Shown here one piece after another: positions 38,806 to 52,251 of a DNA stretch of 64,000 bases. A program made the position numbers and the translations under genes. The notes under the pieces were generated by a model. The model saw nothing but the letters and a program-made list of their open reading frames with translations, was not told the origin of the DNA and did not search any database. The DNA lies in NCBI GenBank assembly GCA_976551045.1, contig CDPCPM010000311.1, forward strand, positions 186,001-250,000. The letters are read 5' to 3'. Position 1 is the first letter of the stretch; every line of letters starts with the position of its first letter. The DNA is from Glaucostegus cemiculus. Lineage: Eukaryota.

Positions 38806-41800
38806 GTATCACCTGCACCTTACTGCTGCATGGTTGGCTTTGGATGAATCTTGTTTCAGGCCATTGCAGCTATGATGCAGCTTGCAGATCTCGATCCATG
38901 TGAGCTTTGCTGAGACTGATCAAAAGGGGGGAGGAGTGGGAAGTATCTTGCCTCCATAACCTGCAGATTGCAGCATTTTTACCAAAATAAAAGACCATAG
39001 CTGCTTGCTGGGTTTTAGATTGTGTATAGAAAGCTGCCAATACTAACACTGTTAGAGTATCTTGACAGGTTAAAAATCAGACTGCATATCAACTAATACC
39101 CCTTCTTATTTCACCACTATACAAATGCATTTAGATGATTACCAGAGATTGATCTCAGGATACTGATTCCCAGCAGAAAATGGTAGAAGTACGAAACAAA
39201 ATGAGCTAACATTTCATTGGTGAACTCTTGTCCTGTTGCTGCCCTGAATCTGGAAACATTAACCTACCTCTATACCTGATATAATCAGAACAATTTTGAG
39301 CATCTGCATTTTATTTTTAATGGCACTTGGTGGTTTTTGCGCCAGGTCTGATTATTCACACTTTTTTTTTGAGAGTCTGATTTTTAACTGCTAGGAAAAA
39401 CATGCTGTTTGTTGGAGACTGGTTAACCACAGTCGTGTTGGGTCACATCCTGGACTGCACAATGTGTAGGCTACTCTTGTCCTGTCTGGTGACAAAGCTT
39501 TGCAGTTTACTTTGTCATCTATCAGACCAAGGGGAGCAGTAATACTTTCTATTATTTCAGCGATATGCTTGCCTATTTTGTTTTGTCCCCCAGCGGGCTT
39601 TAAGTGATGACATTTGAAATTAAAGGTTAGTTGTTGGCCAGGGTTTTCCTGCAAGGAATATGGTGACATTTTCTACTCCTTCACAACTTACCCCAAAACT
39701 AGTTGTTGATTTAAGATAGGTGGCTATTAAAAGGAGAAAGCAGTGAATGCTGATGAAAAACCAAAGTCCTAGGAAGTTGCATGATCCTGCAATTTTTAAC
39801 TTGAAATCGATAGTACTTAGCAAAGTGAATGCAAAGTAATCAAAATAAAACATTCTAAACTAAATCCATTTCAGGCATGAGTTATTAAGTGGAAAGTTTG
39901 CTGAATTTAATTCCAAACAAATCACTTTTTTATTTTTGCACTGGCTGTAATCCAACCTTGCAATCAGGACATTGTAACCGTAGAACTAGAAGCATTAGAA
40001 CCTAACATCCATTTAAAAATAAACCTCTGCATGTAGCTTTCGCATTAAGGGCATAGGGACTTCTACAAGCTCGTCTGATGCTTGAGTGATAGTCACTGCA
40101 TGATCAAACCTTGCAAGTGAAGTGGCCCCACATTCCATCTGTTCTTATCCTAACCGAGCTAACCCATGTTAGTCATAACTTCAGTTGATCCTTGTCCTGA
40201 GATGGAAGAATGGGCAAGGATAGTGGACCAATGGAATTTGAGGAGGAGGGAAAATGATCAACTGGAGAGAGGATTCAAGCTGATTAGATTTTTCAGTGTT
40301 TCAACCCCAGTTATTTGCATATCCCCTGAATTTCTTAATTCATCTGTACTTTTGCATCACAGTTCGATTTATCACATTCACTAGTTTTTGAGTTCCCTAA
40401 TTCCTTTTATTCTGATCCACATGAAATGGTATTTGCTAGCTACTGACCCAAATCTTTTGGAAATGAGTGGTAATTTTGATTGTCATTGCTTTCCTCTTTA
40501 TCTGCATTTGCAAAAATCTTAATTCCTTTGGGAAGAGAGAACGTAAGCAGAAAATAATTACTGAGTGATAAAGTAATATTTCGTAACCCATTATGACAAA
40601 ATAATGTTAAATAAAATGGGCATGAACATTCTATCAAAATGTGACCCACTTCCCCTTAAGGTAACCAGAAATCATCATCTATCAATATTCTAGAGCAAAT
40701 TTTAAAAACTAGCTTAAAGCAACTTAATACCTTAATCTGCATTACTAATAATGTAGACATGAATCTTCTGGCTATCGTAAAGCTACTATTTTTATTGATC
40801 TGATGGAAATTGCTGAGTGCTCTTGAACCCAGACAACGGAAAGCCTCCTGATGCAATCACATTGAGACAATACTTGCATGTAATGACCAAAAAATTTTCC
40901 TGTGGCTAAATACTTCTGAACCAGGAAGTTTCAGGTAGAGCAAAACTTTTCTCTCTCTGTCCCTCTGAATGGCACATGGTTGGAAGTTCAGGGTACCTGG
41001 AGTAATGATGGGACCAAAAAAATGGTTTCATCATTCATTCTATTTTAAACTTGAATAGAGGTGTTCACTTATTATTAAAGTATACTGTTAATTTATTTGT
41101 TAGCCTTGATATCTTTCTGGCAGGAACATCCAGTCCCCTTCCACTTCACCCTCACTATATATTGTTTCCAGTGTCTTCTTTGCAAGTGACTCTCAAATTT
41201 AGACCTGTATTGAATACCAGCCCTAATATTTGGAGAAATTACTGGATTTTGCAGCCTGCCACATGAGTTTTTCACCTGTGGCATCTCTTATAAACTTAGA
41301 TAAATGAGAAAAATCTTTGGGTGTTTTCTGATACTTGCTATTGAGCGTGATAGATTACATAGCCCTGAAATATCCCTCTTCTCGGTATCATCTCTCTTCT
41401 TTTCTCTTCCCTATGTTATTCTTTCTCTATGTCCCAGGGTTAATGGGTGGGGGGAGGTCTTTTTTTTACCGGTTTCTCTGCATCTTTCTCTGTGCCTCTC
41501 TCTTTCTGTCTGCCTCTTTAATCTTTATTTTGTTTCTGTTCAAATTCTGTACTGCTTCTGCAAAACAAATTTCACGTCATATAAGGCAGTGATAATAAAC
41601 ATTATTCTAAATCAAGTAGTTGACTTTTTACAATGCAAATAACATGACATCTGATTTTCAGAACCTTTCAAATAGAACTTGTTTTCTTACAGAAATGAAA
41701 ATTACTTCTGCCACCATTTGTGACTCTGTAGAGTATGATGTGGGATTCACATTCTTACTGGCTGTAAGATTGTTTTGTGAACTGGGATGGTGCTGTTAGT

Positions 41801-44800
41801 TAGCAATCTCATTCAAAGAGTTCATGAGGTCAGCATTGAGATGGCAAGCATGGTTTAGCACTGTTGACCCAAACGTTGCAAGTCCATTTGCAAACCTCAC
41901 TGGTCAAGTTACTGCATCTGAATCCATAATCAATGGGACTATTGCCTCTTCATTCCACCCCCCACCTTCTCTTTTGTTTCCCTTCCTTTTCATTCAGTTA
42001 GTGAGGCTTTGTAAACATACAGTGTCATCAATAATGCCTTTCCTATTTGATGGCTGGGTACAAGTGAGCTGTTTCTACCACAGTGGTCCAATGCAGAATT
42101 GCAATAACAAGGTACTTGGTCAGAGGCAGTTTTGTCAGCAGGGATGTGCAGTGCAGGAGGATTTACTTCCTTAGTGAGAACACATTGGCTACATAACTTG
42201 GCTCAGCTTTCCAGCAAAATCTAATTCAAGGGTTCTGATATTTGAATCCATTGCCAATAAAAATGTGCAAGTGAAAATATGTTTTTTTAAAAAAGTTAAT
42301 AAAACTCCTATAATTTGACACCCTTGAGACTTTGGTTGTACCGTTCTGGCAGATTTTTCAGACTTTTGGATATTACTTCTATTAATTACCCAAAACGCTG
42401 ATAATGCATTTCTTTTAAGAAATTACTTAGTAGTATAACAAATTTTCCAATGAACCCCATGAGTTTAAATGGAGCACGGGAAGTGGGCCTGGCAACTTTA
42501 AAGGAAGTATGGGAAACTGCACCTGGTGAGCCATCAAAGCGCAGACTGTCGGAGTTCTGCTGCACCAAGAGTATTGCACTGTTTCTTTGAGGGGCATTTG
42601 TAAATACATTCACTGATCCACCAGGGACAACACCATGTAAATTGGTGTTCTGATATTGATTTTGGTCATTACTGGAAATAAGATATCTAATATCTGGTGG
42701 AGTAGATATAAAACTGAGTGAAATCCTAAATAGGCCATGATCTGCAACAGTATGTCCTGCAAATGGAGACCAGTCTTTCTGTTCATTTGTGGGATCAGGA
42801 CATCTCTGGCAAGACCCACATGTATTGCCCATCCCTGTTGAACTTGAAGGTGATTGGGAACTACTGCCTTGGATTGCTTCAAATTCTTTTTGAATGCTTG
42901 CTTTTGCTTTGTCATGCTAGAAGAGACACCGTAAAAGCTATAAAAACCCAGCAGTTGTAGGCATATAGAATAATTTCACACTGTAACTGGTAAGGGCTCA
43001 TCCCTGGCCAAATAAGCTACATTGCATGTGGAATGTGTGCCAGTTATTGCATAGATGTGAGTTTATCGTTTGTGATGTTCGTGTATCATGATTTTCAGTT
43101 TTATGGTTTTGTTGCCGTCACTTTGACATCTCCCTAACAACAACTTAGGACTGTGCACATGATGCTGTAAGGTGCTGCCATGGCAGACTCATTTGCATTT
43201 GGTGTGAGCTAAGCCCGGCTTATCGGATTGTGGAGTGTAAATGGGTTAAATAGTTTGCAGCGTTATTGACGCAATCAATTTTTGATTGACTTTCATCATG
43301 GCGTATTTTGTTTGACATTTAAATAGGAACGTGATTGGAATACAGTATTGTATTAATATTTAACTAATCCCATAATGAGGATTCACCCCTTTAGGTCTCC
43401 TGGTTGGAGCTGGTGTTTATTACTGCAAGTTTGATTTCTAATTAATTTGTAAAGTGCACTGTGTCTGTCTTAGTGTCATATGAAGTAAGCAGTAGCATTT
43501 TCTTTTGTTATGTATGGTAGCTGCATTTTTGTCTGGTTCAGCATTAAAAGTGACAAGCAAGGACTGTTTAAACAAGTAATTTTACTTTTTCTTTGCAATT
43601 CTTGCTGTTCTCAATCTGACAGTGGGTAGAATGCTATATTCAACACTGCTGCTCCAGAGTACAGAATGAATCTAATCATTTTGCACTGAATTGCCACCAA
43701 TAGAAATTGGGCATGTTTGAATGTTGGTAAGATCAATATCGATTCTCCAGATATGTTCCCTGCTGTCTGAGCTGATATTTGAGGAGTGGTCACTTGCATG
43801 CAATATTGGAACTGAACCCCATGAAGAGTCGAAGTCCCAGAGAGGAGGGAAGGACATATTACAAAAGCTGAATTCCATAGAAACCCAATTTAAGACAAAT
43901 CTAGTACCAAGCAATACTCTGAGCATGGGATTCTAGAGAAGTTTGCAAGGTGATGGAAAGATTAGACAATTAGTTTCGTTAAGCTGGGGCCACAACCTCA
44001 AGTTATGTGAGCAGATCTAATGTCAGGAGGTGGTTTTGATCTTGGGAAACGGTAAGTCCATGGAACCGCCTGCTGTCTCTCCAGCAAGCACTGGTTCACT
44101 AAATTGCATCAAGCAAAAGCCTGACCCAACTCTGTCTGGCTAAAAGGTAGGTTAATTTGGAAAGCAATGCCTGTTGCACCTTGAGGTGAGTAGTTTTATC
44201 TCCAGACATGCCCTTTATGCATGAATGATATAGTGTGTTAGTTTCTGGACTGAGTTATTGAGAATGTGGATGTAAGGGGGCATTGTTCTCTGCCAGGTCC
44301 TGTTCTCCAAGCTTGCACGTGAGCATAGGAGGAGGCAGAATTTTCACGTCCTAGGAGAGTGAGATGGATTTACATGGTGCAGAGCCTGTATATATCATTT
44401 AAATCTTGATTCAACAGAGGGCAAGTATTCATAATTCATAAATTTAAGGATTTGCTGTACATTCATAAAGTAAACTAAACAAAGGTGTTTATGTTATAAG
44501 GCTGATTTGGTTCCTAGTACAGTCTTGAAAGTGTTAAGATCAGTGGAAACTGCTGGAATGAAGTAGACCAGGTCTAATTTGGCCCTGGTAATAGAGGATG
44601 CACATACACTTCCCTGTGCAAACCTGGTGGATGGCTCTGAGTGTGAGATGGGAATATGTTCTGTAATAGCATTCAGAGGGAAAATGGATAAGTACATTTC
44701 AGTGAATGTACCTTTTCAAAAATGCAGCACCGTTAAGCTGAATGGACTTTTTCAGAGCTGTACATTGGGAGAGTTAATTTACATTTTTTGTTACCCAAAC

Positions 44801-46449
44801 ACTATTTTATATTCATTTGAAATCAGATTGAAGCTTCTCAATATTTTAGGCATGGTGATGATCTTTCATCAGAAGTCTGAAAAACCGTGGACCTGAAATG
44901 TTGACACTGTTCTCCATCTTTCTCCATAGATGTTGCCTGACCTGAGTATTTCTGGCACTCTGTTTTTATTTGTTTTTCCAACTCTTCCATTCTTTTGCTT
45001 TTCAATGAAGGTCACCAACTTGCCCTCCCTCCCGAGGCTGATTCCTTCACTTAGCTGATGTACACATTTATTGCTCTTCAATTTTTGTGCTAGACACCAC
45101 CGGAACTATCCCTTTCCCTTTTTCTTCTCAGCATGAGGTTTTACAGATATTGAATGTTGGGCTAGATCCTAGATGGTTCCTAATGTATGTTCCTAATGTT
45201 GCACCCTTCCAGCAGAGGTTGAGCTAGCAGGAGCCATTGTTTCATGGCTCATATGAAATAGTGTGGAGGTCATACATCCCTATCTTACTCTGAGCTAATT
45301 GAGAGGACAATAACTGGAAATTTCCCTGTCTGCAGAGCTTGCAGACACAGGAATAATTCTTGCCCCTATTCGCTCTCCTGAGGTTGTATACCATATGACT
45401 GTAACAACGTAAGTAAGAGGGTTTGTTAGCATTGTGGTTGAGTTGCTGGACTAGTTTTCCAGCAGTGTGAACTAATGAAGTAAATTCATATCCCATCTTA
45501 GTAGCTGGGACATTTGAACTCAAATTACTCGTGGGCTGTGGGGAATTTTTGGTAAGGACAATATTTGTAGTCAGTTACTAATTGCCTCACACTGGCAATT
45601 AGGGTCACTTCAAAGGGCAGTTGATCAAGTAGCACATTGGGTCTACTGTCGCTTTATAGGCCAGACTGGCTATGAATACAGATTTCCTTTCTTGAGTCTT
45701 TTGTAAATCAGCCTGGTTTATAACAACAGTTCAAGTGGCTCCAGGGTTTTCAGCCCTGATGCAGGGTTTTGAGCAGAAATGTTAACAATTCCTTCCCCTG
45801 CCCCCACCCCACAGATGCTGCTCGATGCCCTGAGTTCCTCCAGCAGATTGTTTGTTGCTCCAGCTTCAGCATCTGTAGTCTCTCTTGTGTCTCCAGGGTC
45901 ACAGTTCCTGAAACCAGCTTTTTATTCCAGATTTATTCAATGGTTAGTAGAGCCTGTTCAGCCCTGACCTTGGGTGCTGTCTATGTGGTGATTGCCTACT
46001 CTGCCTGTGACTTTTAGGGTTTCTTCCCACATATAGATGTATGGGTTGATAGATTGACGACCACTGTAAATTGCCCTCATATGTAGGTACATTGGTAGAA
46101 TCTGAGAGATGGGTGTTTGAGAATGTGGGGAGAATTTTTTTTTAAATGCATAAAATACAATTTAATGTTGGATTAATGTAAATGTGTTATTGATGGTTGG
46201 TATTGACCCAATGGGCTTGAAGGGTCTGTGTTTCTCTCACTTTTTGTGACTTGAGTTTACATTCTCCTAGCTACTGTAGTGGGACTTGAAGTCAAGTTTC
46301 CAGATTGGAAGTCCAAATCTCTGGATACTAGTCCAACAACAAAGCCAGGTGCTCTGCTCTTCTTTCATGGTTACTAGGCAGACAGATGAAACAATTTTTA
46401 AAGCCTTCCTGGGGAAAGTGTAACATTCCTCATGACTCATGAATCTTTA

Positions 46450-46690
46450 GCTCACAACTGCTCAAAGTGGAGTAGGGAAATATGAAATGGCTCTGAGAAT
46501 CCCTTCAATGGGGGATGTGCCCAAGTCCAGTGTATACAGCGGAGGGAATGCAACACTACGCACATCCCCATCCTGTCAAACATCTGTCCCATATGTGGAA
46601 AGTCGACAAGTCCCACACTGACCCCATCAGCCACCTCGAGACCCTAAGATTTAGAGTTGAAGCAAGTCATCCATGATTGCAAGAGGAGTT
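46450..46690 (+). mobile_element. RTE LINE 3' end fragment
   Basis: atctgtcccatatgtggaaag...atcagccacctcgagacc resembles the RTE terminal zinc knuckle CPICGK...ISHLRTH. Confidence 0.6.
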
Positions 46691-48004
46691 ATATTAAAAA
46701 TAGTAAATCTTTTTCTAAAAAAAGCTATTATAAGTCAAGACAAATATGAAACTATAGATTGCCATAAAAGTGCATTTTATTCATTAATGATTTCTTAACA
46801 CAGATGCTGTGACATGCTATATTTCCAGCAATTCCTGTTTTTATTAATGTTTCAGGTCTGCGATCCTTCATCACAGCGTCCGGACTTGAAACGTTAACAG
46901 TTTCTCCTTCCACAGATGCTGTCTAACCTTTGGAGCCATTCTAGTATTTGCTGGTTTTATTTCAGATTTCCAGCATCTGCAGGTTTTGCTTTCATTTACA
47001 TTTTATTAATGCTGCTTAAAGAATGAAATCTACTCTCCTTGCCTGATCTGCTTATATGTGATGCTGATTTCATAGCAATGTACTTGACTTTGAAATGGCT
47101 CAGCAAGTGTCACATTTCAGAGGCCAGCATTTACAGCCCTGGAGACCTAGATCCCATGACTGAATGAGAACTAGTGGGTATCAGTCAGTCTGCTCCCCAC
47201 CAATAGTGTTGTTGAACCAACAATTTGTGATTGAATATCTTGTGTCTAACAGTTACCAAAGCAATGATTAGGAGCTCTATTTTAGGAACTCTGTGTGCAA
47301 ATTTGCCCTATCCTCTGTGGCCCATTGCAACATCAATGAACTGTGCTGTTCAAAACTGTCAATTATGTGGGTTGCTCAGTGCATTCAAGCCTGCAATATG
47401 TTATCATATCACTTCCCACCATCTGCTGTTCTCCATATAAACAACCCCAGTTATTACAGAGCTCCTGTATCATTCTCCCTGATGGAAGTTAAATTGAGCT
47501 TTTTGCTTAAAACCCAAAGCCAATAGAATTCACCTCCAGTGTAACCAATGGCCTCTTCACAAACCAGCCAACTCCTTACTGGCACTCCAATATCAGTTTC
47601 TGACCTGTTGTAAAACGCTGACGTATCCCATTTTACTGTTGCTTTGCATGATTTAGGAATATATCCGAACACCTTTTTACAGATTGTGGGGGTGTGCTGA
47701 TATCTAGTTCTTCCTCCTGACCCCTTCTCATTTTATTGAAATTAAAGTTCAGTCATGCCATTTTATTCCAATGAGTTCCTTACATGGACCTCAAAACTAT
47801 GGAATTCCACATTTCCGTTAGCATTTCCCTTCCTCTCAAAAGCCACAAACTTCTCAAGGCCTCGCTTGGTAGCAACAGATCTTTCATCTTGCCTTCTCTC
47901 CTACCTATTCACCCTGCACAGTGAGTATTGGACGTATTTCCTTAATAACCTAATGCTGTTCATTGTTAATCCAGTTTTGATTTCTCACCTCTTGAATAAG
48001 TAGA

Positions 48005-48280
48005 TTGGGAGCTTGAATCCAATGCAAGACACTCCAGTGTAGAACTGAGGGAGTGCTGAACTGTCAAGTGCTATCCTTCATATGACATGTTATCCACCCA
48101 AGTCCCCATCTATATTTTTTCTCTTTGTCTTGAGCCAATACTTCCGAAATATCAGTCAAGAATATTGCACTACTTTTTGAGGGAGCTTCCCTTGTACAAT
48201 TTGATAAGCAATTTGCTGCTGTAAAGCATACTGGGTGCCCCAAGTTTTGAAGGATATTATCTAGATGCAAGTCTTTCTTT
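48005..48280 (+). mobile_element. Old Deu-domain SINE fragment
   Basis: gacactccagtgtagaactgagggagtgctgaactgtc...gctgtaaagcatactggg...atctagatgcaagtctttcttt. Confidence 0.55.
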
Positions 48281-49496
48281 ACAGAAGGAGCTGAAATTTG
48301 CTGTTCTGATGTTCACCACTTTGAAATAATTTCCTTTTGATTCTGCTCTGCATAAAATACCCAACATATTCCAAACATTTTAGCTGCAAACAGCCCTGGA
48401 CAATTGTCTTGCTCACTAATCCAATGATGTGGCACTCCCACTTCCGGCTGTTCAGCTGAGTAGCATTTCATTCCTATTTTGGGTTGCTGGCTTCAGACTA
48501 TTAATCAGTTAATGAAATGAACTTTTTCCTTCCCACTCCCAAAGTATAGACTCCCTGCAACCACCCTTCCCAAGGCTGATCCCTTTGTAATCCCAACCTG
48601 ATTTCACAAAATAAAATCTGTATTTTAATCAGTGTATATATTTTTGCCCGAGAGTCTTTTCCACACAGTGCCTTTCAACACTTGCAGCTGGCAGGGACAT
48701 TCTACCTGGACGTTAGCAACAATGATTTTCCATTGGTGGTGAGATCAGATTCATAACTTGATGCTTAAAAGCACTGAGGGTTTTTAAATAGATCATTGCC
48801 CTTGCATTCTCTGTCTGAAGTTGAACAACACACCTCAAGCGTTAATTTTCTGGGTCTCCTACTACAAAGGTACAAATTTCTTTTGAGTTTGTCTTAAATT
48901 ATTTTGCTTCCGTGACAGTTTAAGGGTTTGTTTTAATTGCTTAATGCCATACTGAGTGTGGAGTACAGGAAAAAAACAAGGCAAGGTCATTGGAGTCTAT
49001 GGCTGGGAATAGGGAGGCTCTAGTTAGCCACAGCACAAAGAAGAATGGAAGTAAAACCTATCACATTCACAGGATTTCCCAAGCATTTTAGATCCACTGA
49101 CATAGCTCCCATGACATTGATTGTACATTGGAAATATGGTAGACTGTTTGTGCATGGTAAGCCCCCATGAACAGCTGGACCGATCATTATAGCACAGCAG
49201 AAGGCCATTGGGGGCTGTGCTGGCTCCAATAAAGCAATCCAGTTGGTCTCATTTCCTACCTCCATGGCCCTGCAAATTATTCTCTGAAGCCTCTGATCAT
49301 CTTTTCACCATCGTTGCAAGCAATGAACTGTGGATCATAACTACTGTCTGCATGGGGGAAGAAAGGGTTTTGCCATGCATCCCCTTTGTATCATTTGCCC
49401 AAAATTTCAATTGTTTTCCTGGTGGCAATGACCAAATCTGTTTTTTTTGTTATGTTGATTAACACTAGAATTATTGGTCAGGCAATAGGGAGAACC

Positions 49497-50348
49497 CTCA
49501 GTTCTCCTATTGGGCAGGAGGTACAGAAGCCTGAAGTTCCACACCACCAGGTTCAGGAACAGCTACTTTCCTACATCCATCAGGTTCTTGAAGCAACCTG
49601 CACAACCCTAACCCTACCTCAGCAATGGAACACCTCTTGCATTGCCGTGGACATGGCCCTGTATTTTTTGTTTTGCACTAATGTCTTGCTTTTTCGGTTC
49701 TTTTTTTCTTCACTGTTGTGTGTAATTCAAAGTTGGTGGTTTATTGTCACATGCACAATTTGGAATTGGTTTATTATTGTCACTTGTGAAAAAACAGTGA
49801 AAAAACTTGACTTGCATACCGATTGTACAGATCAATTTATTACACAGTGCAGTTACATTGAGTTAGTACAAAGTGCATTGATGTAGTACAGTTGAAACAA
49901 TAACAGTATAGAGTAAAATGTCACAGCTACAGAAAAATGTATGCACAAGTGCAATTAAAAACTTACTTGCAGCAGCATCACAGGCACATAGCATCAGATG
50001 CACAACATTCACAAAAAAAATTAATAACAAATTATACAAGAAAGAACACAATTAGAACAAAAATAAGTCCTTTTGTAGTTCAGAATAGTCATAATGTTGC
50101 TATCCTGAGGTAGTGATTAGGGTTGTGCAGGTCAGTTCAAGAACCAGGTGGTTGAAGGGAAGTAGCTGTTCTTGAGCCTGGTGGTGTGGGACTTAAGGCT
50201 TCTGTACCTCTTGCTCTCTGGTAGCTGTGATTTATGTAAAACTTGTGTTCCATGTGTTATTGTCTGAACCTATGTGCCTGTGATGCTGCTGCAAGCAAGT
50301 TTATCATTGCATCTGTACCTCACTGTACATGTGCATATGACAATAAAT
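49497..50348. mobile_element. Rex1/Babar-type LINE 3' ends, nested in opposite orientations
   Basis: Plus copy encodes LLGRRYRSLKFHTTRFRNSYFPTSIRFL (Rex1 RT C-terminus); a minus copy occupies about 49727-50229; the plus copy resumes at about 50230 and ends tgacaataaa. Confidence 0.8.
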
Positions 50349-52113
50349 GGCTTAATGGCTTGGGGTCTTTAAACCCTACTGAAATTCCAGGCTGAAACAC
50401 TTTAATGTAAAAGACAGCACCTCTGACAGTGCACCCTCTCAGCATCGGCCTGCAGGTATCTAGACAGACACTTAATGGATGTGAGTCTTGCTAAAACTAG
50501 TTTTTGAGTCTTGCCTGTGGAATGATGATATGGAACGGTAGGAGCTGCCAGTCATGCAGAAGTGCTTTAAAGACACAGAATACATTGGAAGGGAGGGGAG
50601 GAAAGAGATTGGCAGCGAAGTGATTTTGCAAATTGTTACAATTTTCCTGTTTTTTGATATTAAACACTTTTGCCAGTTTAGGATTTGCTGATTCCTTTTC
50701 CCCTGTTTTGGTCCAGGAAAAATATAATTGCCTTGTTCATCACTAAAATATTCCAGGTTTGGGACTATTTTCAGAATATTCCATCTGCTCTTACTCCTGT
50801 GGTTAAAGTCCTTGGAGCAACACACCATTCCCAAAATACAGATGAATCTGTCCTTCTGTTCACCATCTGATGTGTTAGAATTACAGCCTTTAACAATTAA
50901 CTTTGTTAATTTTATAAAATTTAGTGGGAATGCATTTGTCTGAATATTGCTAGTTTAAAGTTAATTCTATGTTCTAAACATGAATCATTAACTGCATCTC
51001 TCCATAGGCATATTTAATACACTCCTCACTGTTAAGGAGGTCACTCCTCACTGTTAAATTCAATAATAATTAAGTGACCTTTAAAAGGGGATGTATCTTG
51101 GGTTGCAAGTGTTGGCTTGTTGTAAGTCTACACATGTAATGTAGATTGAGCTTCATTGCCCCATTTGAGCGCACAGCATAAAATCATGTTTTCTCAACCC
51201 AGACGTGATCAGTGTTGACAAAGGTGCAGGGCAAGAGAGTAAACAGAAACCATGAAGCTATTAGGCAGGTACATCAGTCTGTGAAAGTGAAGTAATAAGT
51301 TTACATTTGTAGGGTGGGCGCAGCCCCTTCCTCACTCAGTATTACACAAGTTAAGCACTTTACTTTCCTCTTAGAAGCTGACAGAACTGATGGGCTGTTG
51401 TAACGCTCTGTATTGCAGCTATGTTTAAGTGTCAATTACTCCAGTAATCTTGTACCCAGTGCTCAGGAGTGCAGGTTACCCCCATCTACGCACAATTTTC
51501 ACGACTGCATGTTGAGCACTGGGATTGCTGCTCCATGTTACTATCAGGTTGTATGATTACACCGAGTCTCAGATAAGATATCCAGATATGATAACTCTCC
51601 TTCCATGATCTCTACTCATTTCATTTCAATGGGTATGTGATTTTTCTTTTGTGTGTGTGTGTATATATTTAATTTGTGATGGGGTGGAGAATGTGTTGGA
51701 GTTGTATACATTTCAAATACTGTTGTGCAATGTCAGGGTTATGGTCGAACAGTTACTGGAAGCAGTAGATTTCATCAATGCTCCATCTTTTACTACCAAA
51801 GTGTATGGTTTTGAGAATTTAACCCACCAGCCTTGCCTTCAAGATATAAATTTAGCTCCCTACTTAGAAGTATCACGGACCCTGCAATGTTCTGATGTGC
51901 AATTTCTATTCAGGATCTTGCTTTGTGTCCAGTTACATTTGCCTGGCTTGGTTGGTTTGGCTCAGTAACTGCTTTTTCAACCAATTACCTTCTTGGTAGA
52001 ATGGTCGTTATATTGCGAGCTCTTATCATCTTTAGGGAGTACTTGGATCTGTTAAAATGTGTGAAATCTATTAATACCAGATTTTTTTATATTTTGTATC
52101 TCATTTTTAATAG

Positions 52114-52251
52114 GTTTTGAAGGATGCTCTATGGTTCCTTCCATTTACCCTCTTGAAACGCTCCATAACTCTCTCTCCCTGAAGCAAGTGAATGAATTCC
52201 TTTCGTCTATCTCTGAAATTTGCAGAAAATCTCACGACAGAGCATCAAAAG
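52114..52251 (+). CDS. PPIP5K1: PPIP5K1 exon N (138 nt, symmetric phase 1)
   Basis: tttttaatag|GT TTT GAA...TCA AAA G|gtaaaa; [46 protein letters not shown]. Confidence 0.96.

Noticed and set aside
42386-42832. 148-aa minus-strand ORF
   Set aside because: Starts inside a LINE tail repeat, has no recognisable domain and no splice or codon support.
49386-49886. 166-aa plus-strand ORF
   Set aside because: Runs out of frame through nested Rex1/Babar fragments; an artefact.
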